A stretch of 54,431 nt of DNA, from assembly GCA_963657835.1 (NCBI GenBank), contig CAVKOP010000001.1:1-54431 (forward strand), read 5' to 3'. Positions 17,473 through 27,560 of this stretch are shown here, piece by piece; the first letter of the stretch is position 1; every line of letters begins with the position of its first letter. A program made the translations under genes and the position numbers. Below the pieces are notes generated by a model. That model was given only the letters and a program-made list of their open reading frames with translations, was not told where the DNA came from and searched no databases. The stretch is from Lachnospiraceae bacterium (lineage in GTDB: Bacteria; Bacillota; Negativicutes; Veillonellales; Megasphaeraceae).

Positions 17473-17548
17473 TTGAAAGTTTGGCTTGCAAGTGTTATGA
17501 TATAAGCATAAACAAGCTGCGACGATAACAGTGTACATGTTGTCGTCG
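17473..17548 (+). promoter_or_regulatory. SigA promoter plus downstream inverted repeat (module copy A)
   Basis: TTGAAA-N17-TATGAT (17473-17501) with TG extension; then cgacgataaca/tgttgtcgtcg. Confidence 0.6.
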
Positions 17549-17595
17549 TTTGTATTTGTTTTATATTTTTCTGAATGATAAAGGAGTCTTATACC

Positions 17596-17784
17596 ATGAC
17601 TAAGAGCATACGTTTTGTTGTTTTAGCTATTTTTGCTGCTTTTTTTGCAATCGGTGCAGTAGGTGCTATGAATGCCAATGTAAACAGTAAATCAGCTCCA
17701 GCCAAGACGCCGGTAAAAATAACAAAAGTGTCTTCTGTAGATATGAATTCGTACTTACGTGTTTCTCCGGAACAAATGAAATAA
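17596..17784 (+). CDS. Small exported or membrane-anchored hypothetical protein (62 aa)
   Basis: AAGGAG RBS; MTKSIR plus a hydrophobic stretch resembling a signal peptide; own promoter. Confidence 0.65.
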   Translation: MTKSIRFVVLAIFAAFFAIGAVGAMNANVNSKSAPAKTPVKITKVSSVDMNSYLRVSPEQMK

Positions 17785-17860
17785 AAAGTAACTGTATATT
17801 GCAACAAAATACGGCAGGTACTATAAAAATATAAAGAAAATAAATTTGGTTTTCTAAACA

Positions 17861-17946
17861 TTGAAAGATGAGAAATCACATGGTATGATATGATTATGAT
17901 AAAAACGACGATGGTGTCTTTGACAGATGCTGTCGTCGTTTTTTAT
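17861..17946 (+). promoter_or_regulatory. SigA promoter plus inverted repeat / terminator-like hairpin (module copy B)
   Basis: TTGAAA-N17-TATGAT (17861-17889) with TG extension; then aaaaacgacgatggtgtct/agatgctgtcgtcgttttt. Confidence 0.6.
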
Positions 17947-18018
17947 CTATAGGAACTGCAAGCCTGCCAATCAGCAGGTTGTCGTATAGGGTGTTTGGGC
18001 AGGAAAGGAGCTATAGAC

Positions 18019-18261
18019 ATGGACGTACATAAAGTTAAACTGGTAGTGGTAAAATCGGGTTGTGCCTTATATAAAGCAGGCGATGAAATTGTATTTGACG
18101 GACCGGTTATTCAAAAAGAAAAGAGCGGCGCGTTGTGCATGACGGCTTTACAAGCACTGTATCCGTACGTGTTTGCGGCACGGCAGGGGGCCGTTTGGAA
18201 GCCGCTTATACAGTGTCCGGACTGCGAAGAAACCGTACTTTTTAACGTCATGGAACAATAA
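18019..18261 (+). CDS. TIGR04076-family small Cys-containing protein
   Basis: GC..YKAGDEI, LCMTALQALYPY and QCPD..TVLF pattern; AAGGAG RBS. Confidence 0.65.
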   Translation: MDVHKVKLVVVKSGCALYKAGDEIVFDGPVIQKEKSGALCMTALQALYPYVFAARQGAVWKPLIQCPDCEETVLFNVMEQ

Positions 18262-18414
18262 ATAGGACGGCATGTGGCTGTGTTGGGACAGCGTTTTCTG
18301 TATAGATGTAAAAATAACATATGACAGTGTAGGCAGAAACTTTGACCGAAGGGCCTTCTTGTGGGACAATATGACTATACATACGATAGTAAGTTAGACA
18401 TACGAGAGGCAGTT

Positions 18415-19704
18415 ATGGTCAAAGTTTCTTTACATTTAGAACAAAGAATAAAATTATCGCAAATGCAGCGGCTTACGATTCAGATGATGACGCTCCATGG
18501 ACAAGACTTGCAGGATTTTTTGCGTGAACAAGTCACGGATAATCCGCTGTTGGACATTCGCTATCGCGATGTCAGACAGCATGCCGGCAAAGACTATTCA
18601 GAAAAGCCGATAGAGGCTGCCTGCAGTCGAGGTGATTCATTGGAAGAAAAACTGATGAAAGAGCTGCGGGTGCAGACGGCGCCGAAAAAAGTTATGCTGG
18701 CAGCCGGGCTGGTCATTCAATCGTTGGATGAAAAAGGATTTTTCCAAGGAGATTTAGCTGCCATAGGTACGGCATACGGCTTGGGCTTGGCAGACATGGA
18801 ACAGGGACTGATACTAGTGCAGTCGTTTGAACCGGCAGGCATTGCCGCGCGTTCTATTCGCGAAGCCCTGCTGATTCAGACGCGGCGGCGGCAGGATGCA
18901 CCGGCAGGAACGGAAGAACTGTTGGAACTGTATTACGATGACTTTCTTCACGGACGCTGGCAGCGGCTGGAAAAAGAGATGAATGCATCTGCTGGTGCGA
19001 TACGCCGTATTCGTGCGTTTTTGAAAAAACTTTCACTGCAGCCGGCACCGCAGGCAGAAACTGAAACGGAATATGTGCGGGCAGATGTAGAAATTTTTTG
19101 TGATGCTCAGGGCCATCTGCAGGTTCGTTCACTGGAAGAACTGCCGGAAGTGTTTTTTAGAGATGACTTATACGCAGTGTATAAAAAAGATGGAGATAAA
19201 GCGACTCAGACGTTTATCCGCCGGGCAAAGCGGCAGTTTTTAGATTTACAGACGGCCTTAGCGTATCGCTGGCAGTCTATTTTTACAGTCATGCAGTATA
19301 TTTTGGATCGGCAGCAAAATTATTTTTTGCATGATGAAAACCTGCGGCCGTTGACACAAGCTGCCATTGCCAAAGGAACGGGTCTTAGTACAGCTACTGT
19401 AAGCCGCGTATGCCGAAATCGGTATGCATTGTTCAAACAACGTATATATCCGGTACAAAGTTTTTTGGCCCATTCCTACCGGGACGATTCCCGCGCGGAC
19501 GGTCTCACGTCCGATCAAGCGATTATGCAGGAGATGCTCCGCCTGATTGCCGAAGAAGATAGTCAGCATCCGTGGTCAGACCAGGAAATTGCAGTATATT
19601 TCAGTCAAAAAAATATTCATATTGCGAGAAGAACGGTGACAAAATTTCGTTTAAAGATGAATATTCCTAATAGTAATATGCGTAAACGTCTAAAAAACTC
19701 ATAG
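18415..19704 (+). CDS. rpoN: RNA polymerase sigma-54 factor
   Basis: Q/L-rich region I, DNPLL, SLDEKGF, QSFEPAGIAARS, LRPLT...TVSR, SDQEI and RpoN box ARRTVTKFR. Confidence 0.9.
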   Translation: MVKVSLHLEQRIKLSQMQRLTIQMMTLHGQDLQDFLREQVTDNPLLDIRYRDVRQHAGKDYSEKPIEAACSRGDSLEEKLMKELRVQTAPKKVMLAAGLVIQSLDEKGFFQGDLAAIGTAYGLGLADMEQGLILVQSFEPAGIAARSIREALLIQTRRRQDAPAGTEELLELYYDDFLHGRWQRLEKEMNASAGAIRRIRAFLKKLSLQPAPQAETETEYVRADVEIFCDAQGHLQVRSLEELPEVFFRDDLYAVYKKDGDKATQTFIRRAKRQFLDLQTALAYRWQSIFTVMQYILDRQQNYFLHDENLRPLTQAAIAKGTGLSTATVSRVCRNRYALFKQRIYPVQSFLAHSYRDDSRADGLTSDQAIMQEMLRLIAEEDSQHPWSDQEIAVYFSQKNIHIARRTVTKFRLKMNIPNSNMRKRLKNS

Positions 19705-19811
19705 CCTTTGTTATAAATTTCACTATCACTTTCTAACATAATGCGTTATACTATATATGTAAATCTATTTCATGAAATGTGGGCTTTATGATTTGGAGGA
19801 GGTTTTTTAGA

Positions 19812-21158
19812 ATGTACAAAATTTCTGAAATTGCTGATGTGTACAAACAAAAATTGATTACAGCTGAACAAGCTGCTGCATTGGTTCAAGATGGCGATCG
19901 CATCTCGTATGGTCTTGGCTGTTCTGCACCGTATGATATTGATATTGCTTTGGGCAATCGTATCAAAGACCTCAAAGGGATCGAAGTAGTTGCTACGACT
20001 GTCGTCAAAGATGAACCGTATGCTGTGTACCGCAACAGCGATTCCAATGACCAAGTTCGTTTTGCTACGGCACATATGAATGGCTTTGAACGTAAAATGA
20101 ATAAAGACGGCCGCTGCTGGTTTATTCCGATGCTCTTTAATGAACTGCCGAAATATTGGGAAAATATTGATAAATTGATTATTCAGGTTCATCCTATGGA
20201 TAAATGGGGCAATTTCAACTTAGGGCCTCAGGTATCTGACCTGCGCGGTTTGATTAAAGCAGCTAAACAAATTATTGTCGAAGTAAATACGAACATGCCA
20301 AAGGCATTGGGTTATCAGACAGAACTGAACCTCTGTGACGTCGATTATGTCGTCGAAGGCTCGAATCATCAGATGCCGCAAATTCCGAATCGCCCGGGCA
20401 ACGAACTGGATTCGAAGATTGCAGACTACATCATCCCAATGATTGAAGACGGCAGCACCTTGCAGCTCGGAATCGGCGGTATTCCGTCAGCTGTCGGCGA
20501 AAAATTGGCTCAATCCGATGTTAAAGACTTGAGCGGTCATACAGAAATGCTTGTAGATTCTTATGTAGACTTGTATGAAGCCGGCAAAATCACGGGCAAC
20601 AAGAACCGCGACAAAGGCAAGATTATCTATGCGTTTGCCGGCGGCACACAGCGCCTGTATGATTTTATTGACAACAACCAGGTAGTATTCAATGCTCCTG
20701 TAAGCTATGTCAACAATGTGGGTGTTGTTGCCAGCATCGATAAATTTATTTCCATCAATGGCTGTATCAACCTTGACTTGTATGGCCAGGTAAATGCTGA
20801 AACAGCTGGTTTCCAGCATATCAGCGGTACAGGCGGACAGCTCGACTTTGCCCAGGGTGCTTTCGCTTCCAACGGCGGCAAGAGCTTCATCTGCGTACAT
20901 TCGACGCGTAAATTCAAAGACGGCCATGTCGAATCCTTGATTAGACCGACCTTGCCTGCAGGTTCTGTCATTACGACACCGCGTTCTGCTGTTCAGTATA
21001 TTGTTACAGAATATGGCGCCGCACTCCTCAAAGGCAAATCTACATGGCAGCGTGCAGAAGCATTGATTAACATTGCACATCCTGATTTCCGTGAAGACCT
21101 CATTAAACAAGCCGAAAAGATGGGGATTTGGACAAAGACCAGTAAAGTTACGATGTAA
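19812..21158 (+). CDS. but: Butyryl-CoA:acetate (4-hydroxybutyrate-type) CoA-transferase
   Basis: PMDKWGNFNLG, TLQLGIGGIP, HTEM, ISGTGGQLDF, YIVTEYG and IAHPDFREDL; highly expressed codon bias. Exact substrate is inferred. Confidence 0.8.
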   Translation: MYKISEIADVYKQKLITAEQAAALVQDGDRISYGLGCSAPYDIDIALGNRIKDLKGIEVVATTVVKDEPYAVYRNSDSNDQVRFATAHMNGFERKMNKDGRCWFIPMLFNELPKYWENIDKLIIQVHPMDKWGNFNLGPQVSDLRGLIKAAKQIIVEVNTNMPKALGYQTELNLCDVDYVVEGSNHQMPQIPNRPGNELDSKIADYIIPMIEDGSTLQLGIGGIPSAVGEKLAQSDVKDLSGHTEMLVDSYVDLYEAGKITGNKNRDKGKIIYAFAGGTQRLYDFIDNNQVVFNAPVSYVNNVGVVASIDKFISINGCINLDLYGQVNAETAGFQHISGTGGQLDFAQGAFASNGGKSFICVHSTRKFKDGHVESLIRPTLPAGSVITTPRSAVQYIVTEYGAALLKGKSTWQRAEALINIAHPDFREDLIKQAEKMGIWTKTSKVTM

Positions 21159-21175
21159 TTGAATCATTTTAATAT

Positions 21176-21213
21176 ACAACAAACCAGCAGTCGTATGGCT
21201 GCTGGTTTGTTGT
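21176..21213. terminator. Intrinsic terminator between convergent genes
   Basis: acaacaaaccagcag / ctgctggtttgttgt inverted repeat. Confidence 0.8.
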
Positions 21214-21245
21214 CTTTATGGAAAAGTGAATCGGTGAAAGCAGTA

Positions 21246-21632
21246 TTAGAGAACTTTTTTGTTATCCGGGCCAGGTGTCGTAACGATGACTTTTTCCGGA
21301 GTAATTACAAGGGCACCCTTAGCTGTGCAGGCTCCTTTGAACATGTCTTCTACTATTTTTTTGAAATTATCTACAATCGGACCGCTTGTAATATAGACAG
21401 CAGTTCCTTTGATTTGATACCCTTCAAAAGTCTGGGCGTTGCAGGCAGAAACGGCAATTTTTCCGTTGGCCTGAATGTTCTTTAATGTAGTATCCAGGAA
21501 GACATCGCCGACGATGAGCTTGCCGTCCGGCGTAACATCTTTAAAAGCGACGGGGACCGCATTGGGTTCGTCTGCATAGGTTCCCAAATACCAAATTTGT
21601 TCTTTTAAAATTTGCATCACTTGTTCATTCAT
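21246..21632 (-). CDS. Pyridoxamine 5'-phosphate oxidase-like FMN-binding protein
   Basis: PNAVPV, DVFLDTTLKNI..NGKIAV, GYQIKG and PGPD; GAGGAGG RBS. Confidence 0.8.
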   Translation of the reverse strand: MNEQVMQILKEQIWYLGTYADEPNAVPVAFKDVTPDGKLIVGDVFLDTTLKNIQANGKIAVSACNAQTFEGYQIKGTAVYITSGPIVDNFKKIVEDMFKGACTAKGALVITPEKVIVTTPGPDNKKVL

Positions 21633-21815
21633 GTGTAGTTCCTCCTCAATATGTAAATATCTTCATAGCTCTGTTTGACTATAGCTACAGTATACGGAAG
21701 AAACGGCGGCAATGTAAGATATTGATAAATTTATAAGTAACTCATTAATTTCATAGTAACTTGCGCACTGCAAACCATACGGTACAATTAAGAAAAGACA
21801 AAGGAGGAGAAGATA

Positions 21816-22190
21816 ATGTATCAAAAGAAGCTGGAAGCCGATATTCGCTGTCCGTTGGAATACGGCTTGGAATTATTTGGCGGCAAATGGAAATCGCGGA
21901 TTATTTGCGTGCTGGCAGCGAAAACGACGCTGCGGTATAGCGAAATTCGTCATGAAATGCAGAATATTACTGATGCTGTTTTGGCGTCTACATTAAAGCA
22001 GTTGCTGGCAGATCATATGATTGCACGACGTTCGTATGATGAAATACCGCCGCGGGTAGAATATACGCTGACGGAAAAGGGCTTGTCGGTCGTGCCTATT
22101 TTGCAGCGTATTTGCCAATGGGCTGGTATTTTTTATAAAGAAAATGAAGAAACGGTCATGACGCAGTGCCAAAAGTGTGATTATCGCTAG
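21816..22190 (+). CDS. HxlR-family winged-helix transcriptional regulator
   Basis: CPLEYGLELFGGKWK, LRYSEI and YDEIPPRVEYTLT; divergent from the FMN-binding gene. Confidence 0.9.
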   Translation: MYQKKLEADIRCPLEYGLELFGGKWKSRIICVLAAKTTLRYSEIRHEMQNITDAVLASTLKQLLADHMIARRSYDEIPPRVEYTLTEKGLSVVPILQRICQWAGIFYKENEETVMTQCQKCDYR

Positions 22191-22340
22191 CAGGGCTGCC
22201 GTGGCTGCTTGGGCCGTATACGGGAATACCCAATGAGTATCTGAATTGGGACGGGAAAAAGAGACGCACATCTTGTAAATTTTAATTTCTGCGTTACAAT
22301 AAAAAACGCAGAAATTAAGAAAAAGGAAAGATGATTGTAT

Positions 22341-23669
22341 ATGTTTAACACTTCGTTTTTACTGCGTATCGGTTTATATGCTGCCATCAGTATGGCTGGT
22401 ATAAACATGGTTGCTGCGCAGCCTCTTGCTGTAGATAATTTGACTCAAATTATTTCTAAAGACAGTGCTACGAGCAAAACCGTATCCTGGCAAAGCAGCG
22501 TGCCGCACTATAATTATTGTGTAGAATATCGGCAGCAAGGCTCAAATGATATTCACAAAGCCTATGTAACAGAACCTAAACGACCGCCTATTTACGACTA
22601 TGATAATATTCCGCCGTATACATACGGCGCGTATATGCAGCACCTGCAGCCTGATACGGCATATGAATACCGCATCTGCAACGATGAAGGCGGAGAAACA
22701 GGCTGGTTTTCCTTTACAACGACGAAAGAAGAATTAAATCAGTATAAAGTATTAATTTTTGGTGATTCCCAGTCTGTAGATTACAGCGTGTGGGGACAGA
22801 CGGCGCAACTTGCTTGGAATCGAAACAAAGATGCTGCGTTTTTTGTAAACATGGGAGATTTGACAGATAATGGGCAAGCTTGGTTCCAATGGCGTGATTG
22901 GCAGTACAATGCAGATATATTGACGAGTCATTTGCCCTTTGCTCCTGTCTTGGGGAATCATGAAGCTTACAGCATGGAATGGAAATTTGCCTATCCCTAT
23001 ACGTATAAAGCCTTATTTGCCGTGCCGTACGGCAGTCCGCAGGGGCAGAGCCGTCTGGCCTATTCCTTTGATTACGGCGATGTTCACTATGTATCATTGA
23101 ACACGGACTATGAAGAACTGCATGCGCAGGATCCCGATATGCTTACGAATGAAGCTGCTTGGCTGGATACGGATTTGGCAGCAGCCAAAAAGGCAGGCAA
23201 ACGGCTGATTGTCATGATGCACCGCCCGCCATGGGACAGCCCGTATCACGGCGTATTGGACAGCAACGGAAAATGCTTCATGCCTATTTTTGACAAATAT
23301 GAAGTGCCCCTTGTATTTACGGCACACGACCACTGCTACGAACGCACTGTTCCTGTCAAAAACGATACACAGGCAAAAACGGGAACGATATACATTGCGA
23401 CGGGACGGTCCGGTACGGAAGGCTGGGATGCAGCACGGCGCAAACCGACGGACATAGTATACTATAATCCGATGGATATGCCGATGTATTTGACGCTGCA
23501 GGTGGAACCGAAGGATTTTCGTGTGACAGCTTTTAAGAACGACGGTACGATTATCGATACGACGACGATTGCCACAGACGCTGTATCGTCAGATCAACAG
23601 CAGGCAGAAAAACAACAGCCCCAGGCGCCGAAAAAAGTAAAAAAAGCAGGTCCGTCTGCTAAAAAGTGA
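22341..23669 (+). CDS. Secreted purple-acid-phosphatase-like metallophosphoesterase with Fn3-like N-domain
   Basis: Signal-peptide-like N-terminus; LQPDTAYEYR; GDSQ, GDLTD, GNHE, MMHRP and AHDHCYER; start 22335 or 22341. Confidence 0.85.
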   Translation: MFNTSFLLRIGLYAAISMAGINMVAAQPLAVDNLTQIISKDSATSKTVSWQSSVPHYNYCVEYRQQGSNDIHKAYVTEPKRPPIYDYDNIPPYTYGAYMQHLQPDTAYEYRICNDEGGETGWFSFTTTKEELNQYKVLIFGDSQSVDYSVWGQTAQLAWNRNKDAAFFVNMGDLTDNGQAWFQWRDWQYNADILTSHLPFAPVLGNHEAYSMEWKFAYPYTYKALFAVPYGSPQGQSRLAYSFDYGDVHYVSLNTDYEELHAQDPDMLTNEAAWLDTDLAAAKKAGKRLIVMMHRPPWDSPYHGVLDSNGKCFMPIFDKYEVPLVFTAHDHCYERTVPVKNDTQAKTGTIYIATGRSGTEGWDAARRKPTDIVYYNPMDMPMYLTLQVEPKDFRVTAFKNDGTIIDTTTIATDAVSSDQQQAEKQQPQAPKKVKKAGPSAKK

Positions 23670-23679
23670 GGGATGCTTG

Positions 23680-24438
23680 ATGAAAATTGCTGTAGCAGCA
23701 GGCGCATCGAGCGGTTTAGGCAGAGAGTTCGTCTTCTTGTTGGATACAGCCGGCATGGATGAAATTTGGGTTACGGCCAGGCGCAAAGAACGGCTGCTGG
23801 CCCTGCAAAGACAGGTACAGACCAAAGTGCGTGTTTTTGCCGGAGATATTTGTCAGGAAAGTACGATACAGTCCATCAAAGACGCGCTGCTGCAGGAACA
23901 GCCTGAGATTGCCTATGTAATCTATGCTGCCGGATTAGGCCGTATTGGCGCGACGGCAGATATACCGGCAGCAGATATACGGCAAATGATACGCGTGAAC
24001 TGCGAAGGCGCGGCGGTTATGACGAGTTTGTGTCTTCCTTACATGAAAAAAGGCAGCCACATCGCTGAAATTTGTTCTGTGGCGGCCTTTCAGCCGATTC
24101 CCTATTTAAATGTATATGCTGCAACCAAGGCTTTTTTGTATCGGTACAGCTTGGCATTAGCAGCGGAATTAAAACCCAGGGGAATTGCTGTGACGGCTGT
24201 TTGTCCTTACTGGGTAAAAGATACGGAATTTATTTCCATTGCTTCGCAGACCAATCGGGGTCCTCATTTTTGCCGCTATCCCTTTGCAGATACAGCACAA
24301 AAAACGGCGAAGCGCGCCTGGCGGGACATTCAAAAAGGCCGCATGGTTTCCACACCGGGATGGATGGCTGCATGGGAACGCCTGGCTGCAGCCTGTATTC
24401 CTGCGAACATTATCATGTGGTTTTGCCGGCATATGTAG
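23680..24438 (+). CDS. Short-chain dehydrogenase/reductase
   Basis: AGASSGLG, AAG, catalytic S...YAATK, CPYWV. Confidence 0.88.
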   Translation: MKIAVAAGASSGLGREFVFLLDTAGMDEIWVTARRKERLLALQRQVQTKVRVFAGDICQESTIQSIKDALLQEQPEIAYVIYAAGLGRIGATADIPAADIRQMIRVNCEGAAVMTSLCLPYMKKGSHIAEICSVAAFQPIPYLNVYAATKAFLYRYSLALAAELKPRGIAVTAVCPYWVKDTEFISIASQTNRGPHFCRYPFADTAQKTAKRAWRDIQKGRMVSTPGWMAAWERLAAACIPANIIMWFCRHM

Positions 24439-25729
24439 TCCTGCGGCGGTAGTTTTGAATATAATCCCAGAGGGGGATGCCGTATAAATAGCAAGCGACG
24501 CCAATAGAAGAAACAGGGGCGTTGATGACTGCCAACACGACGGAACAGGCAATGGCCCAGGGAATCAGCGGCGTCGTGACGACAGCCGTGTTTTCCAAAT
24601 GAATTGCCATGCGCTGCGAATCCGGTTCAATGGGCCGGCACAGCTGATGGGTAAGCATAATCGCGAGCGTTTGATTGCAGGAAATCATGCCTGTCAGTAT
24701 GGAAGTCAGCAAGATGGCACCAAAGGGCGATATTTTTTTGCTTACCCGTTGGATATGTGACTGAATATTCCGCAAAAAGCCGGTACCTGAAAAAATACCG
24801 GCATAGCTGGAAGAAATAAAAATGATGGCCAGCACGTGCACCATGGATAAGATGCCGCCGCCTTCCAGTAATTGAGCCAGTTGGGGGCTGTCCGGATGAA
24901 AGCCGAAGAAAAAAGCGTATCCAATGGCAGATATACTCATATGCTGCCACGTATAAGCAATTATGGCGGCAGCCAAAATGCTGCTGAGCATAATGTATTT
25001 TACATGCATGCGGCAAAATGATAAGAGAACGACTAAGACGGCTGGGATGGCAGTTACCCAATGAAGGTAAAAATACTGCTGGAAAATGGCTGCCGTATGA
25101 GTTGTCGTTTCTGCTGTTGGCAGTGACATGCCCAATGCCGTATAGATAATGATAGATGCCAGCAAGGGGACGGCTGCTGTTTTCATCATGAGGATGACAT
25201 TTTTGAAAATATCTGTTTGCGTGATTGTCGCGACCAGCAGTGCGCTGGTGGACATGGGCGAACAGCGGTCACCGATATACACGCCGGCAAGGATGGCGCC
25301 GCCGGCATACACGGCAGGAATGTGCATGCTGTTTGTCATGGTCATGCAAATGACACCCATCGTAGCCGCTGTCCCGAAGGATGTCCCCATCAGCATGGAA
25401 ATCAAGCCGCACAGCAAAAATGAAGCAGTTAAAATAACTGTCGGATGACACCATTGAGCGGCATAATATACAATGTAGGGAATCGTGCCGCATATGCGCC
25501 ATGATGCTGTCAGTATACCGACAAGGGCCAGTGTGATTAATACATTTTTGGTTGTGTGAATCCCTTCCAAGGAAAGATGAAGCATTTCATGAAACGGATG
25601 ACGGCGATATAATCCGTAGGAAAAAAATAAAACAAATCCGGCGAGCAGTGCCCAAATTAAGGAAACGCCGCATACCAGACTGAGTATGAGAAAACATGAA
25701 AATATACCGAGAATGCCTGCTTCTATCAT
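24413..25729 (-). CDS. Na+/H+ antiporter NhaC-family membrane protein
   Basis: ASW..CGTIP, GTSFGTAATMG, GVYIGDRCSPMS and PLIPW; many TM segments. Confidence 0.82.
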   Translation of the reverse strand: MIEAGILGIFSCFLILSLVCGVSLIWALLAGFVLFFSYGLYRRHPFHEMLHLSLEGIHTTKNVLITLALVGILTASWRICGTIPYIVYYAAQWCHPTVILTASFLLCGLISMLMGTSFGTAATMGVICMTMTNSMHIPAVYAGGAILAGVYIGDRCSPMSTSALLVATITQTDIFKNVILMMKTAAVPLLASIIIYTALGMSLPTAETTTHTAAIFQQYFYLHWVTAIPAVLVVLLSFCRMHVKYIMLSSILAAAIIAYTWQHMSISAIGYAFFFGFHPDSPQLAQLLEGGGILSMVHVLAIIFISSSYAGIFSGTGFLRNIQSHIQRVSKKISPFGAILLTSILTGMISCNQTLAIMLTHQLCRPIEPDSQRMAIHLENTAVVTTPLIPWAIACSVVLAVINAPVSSIGVACYLYGIPLWDYIQNYRRRTTYAGKTT

Positions 25730-25854
25730 AGAAAACCTCCTGTGCTGCGGTACCGCAGCTGCTGTGTTATGTATAGTGTAAGAAAAGAGAGCACAATTTG
25801 CAAACTGTTTATATCCACGGTATACTACAGGTAAAATACTGTGAGGTGAAAAAC

Positions 25855-26775
25855 GTGAATTTACTTCCCATGTTCTATTATGCTGTTGTTGTCCAGCATC
25901 AGAGTATTACGCAGGCAGCAGCAGCCCTTCATATTACGCAGCAGACGCTGAGCGCGCACATGGCAGCCTTAGAAAAAGAACTGGGATGTACGCTGTTTCA
26001 GCGCAGACCGCATTTTGCCCTGACCGATGCCGGCCGGATATTTTACCGGTATGTCTTTCAATTTCAGCATATGTATGAAGCTATGCAGGCGGAGTTTGCC
26101 GATATAGCCGGCGGCGGCGGCAGTACACTGACTATTGGCATTGGTCATACGCGGGGAAAAATATGGCTTCCGGCGATTATTCCGCTGTATCGGAAAACCT
26201 ATCCGCATATCCGGATTCATGTCATGGAAGGGCAAAATGAACAACACATTGAGCATTTGCTGCATGGCGATGTGGATGTTATTATAGCCAACCTTCCTGA
26301 TGAACTGCCGGAATGCAAAAGCATGCCTTTTTATACGGAACGCATTATTTTGGCGGTACCACGCAGTTTTCTGACTCCGGCAGCCGAAGAACAGCTCAAA
26401 CAAACGCGGGATATCAGTATGCTGAAAGATTTTCCGTTTTTATTGGCCTACGAAAATGACTTTATCGGCCGCGTAGGACGGATTTTACTGCAGCATGCCG
26501 GCATCATGCCGCCTATTCACACTATTTCTGACAATATGGAAACTTTATTGGAATTATGCTATCGTGGCGACGGCATTTGTTTTTGCCCGGATATTCAGTA
26601 CCGTGCCTGGTCCAATTCCGTACATAAGCAATTCCTATTAGCCGTGCCGCTGGAAGAACAATATTCGATACGCCTGGCTTGGCAGAATACGTCTTATGTA
26701 CGCAAAGCGGTTACTGATTTTGTCGATACGGCTTTGCAATGCGTCCGTGAAAACAGAGATAACCTAGGCAAATAG
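25855..26775 (+). CDS. LysR-family transcriptional regulator
   Basis: SITQAAAALHITQQTLSAHMAALEKELGCTLFQR HTH; GTG start after GAGGTG; divergent from the nhaC-like gene. Confidence 0.92.
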   Translation: MNLLPMFYYAVVVQHQSITQAAAALHITQQTLSAHMAALEKELGCTLFQRRPHFALTDAGRIFYRYVFQFQHMYEAMQAEFADIAGGGGSTLTIGIGHTRGKIWLPAIIPLYRKTYPHIRIHVMEGQNEQHIEHLLHGDVDVIIANLPDELPECKSMPFYTERIILAVPRSFLTPAAEEQLKQTRDISMLKDFPFLLAYENDFIGRVGRILLQHAGIMPPIHTISDNMETLLELCYRGDGICFCPDIQYRAWSNSVHKQFLLAVPLEEQYSIRLAWQNTSYVRKAVTDFVDTALQCVRENRDNLGK

Positions 26776-26829
26776 GCAGAAGTTTGCTATACTGCAAATA
26801 ACATAAGATGGTGATACCCAAAAGGAGAA

Positions 26830-27423
26830 ATGGCAGTGAAATATATTTTTGCAGGAATCGAAAAGCTCATTGTGTACCAAGAAACTATCCGTAAACTTTT
26901 TACATGGATTGCCCGCTTTGGCTATATGGCATTTTTGATTTACGGCATGATAGAATGGCTTCGCCCCGGTATGATGCAGAAGCGGCTTTATCGGCGCCGC
27001 ACACTGCTCTATTGTTTATTTGCCGTCGGTTTAGGTTCGGGGATATCCTGTATCATTGGGCATATTTGGCATCGCAAACGTCCGTTTATCAAACATAAAC
27101 AGTATTCTCCTCTCATTCCGCATAAAGACAATGCGTCGTTTCCCAGCAATCATTCTATGAATGCCATGGCAGCTTCGCTCATGCTCTTGAGCCGCAAAAA
27201 CGGTTGGGGTATCCCTTTTTTGATTTGGAGCGTCATTCTAGGCTCATCTCGTATTATTTGCCGCTTGCATTACTTCAGTGATGTTATAGGCGGGTTTCTT
27301 TTAGGCGCACTCAGCGCCGGCATCATTTACCAAAGCCGTACGGCAAAGCAGCTTGCTACGAATATGCTTTGGATAGGTGACGGCATGGCCGCATGGTTTC
27401 GCCAGTGGCGCAGTCGCTGGTAG
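26830..27423 (+). CDS. PAP2-family membrane phosphatase (BcrC-like)
   Basis: RKRPF, SFPSNH and SRI...HYFSDV PAP2 motifs. Confidence 0.85.
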   Translation: MAVKYIFAGIEKLIVYQETIRKLFTWIARFGYMAFLIYGMIEWLRPGMMQKRLYRRRTLLYCLFAVGLGSGISCIIGHIWHRKRPFIKHKQYSPLIPHKDNASFPSNHSMNAMAASLMLLSRKNGWGIPFLIWSVILGSSRIICRLHYFSDVIGGFLLGALSAGIIYQSRTAKQLATNMLWIGDGMAAWFRQWRSRW

Positions 27424-27560
27424 TAAAGAATGGGTTGTAACATACCGTTTTTGCTGTCATGCACCATGTTTTTACTTTAAAAGTTTTTAGTTTTTTGTTT
27501 GAAGTTTGAAGAAAATGAATCGCAATGCTGCAAACTATGCACATAAAACGGCATAATAAA

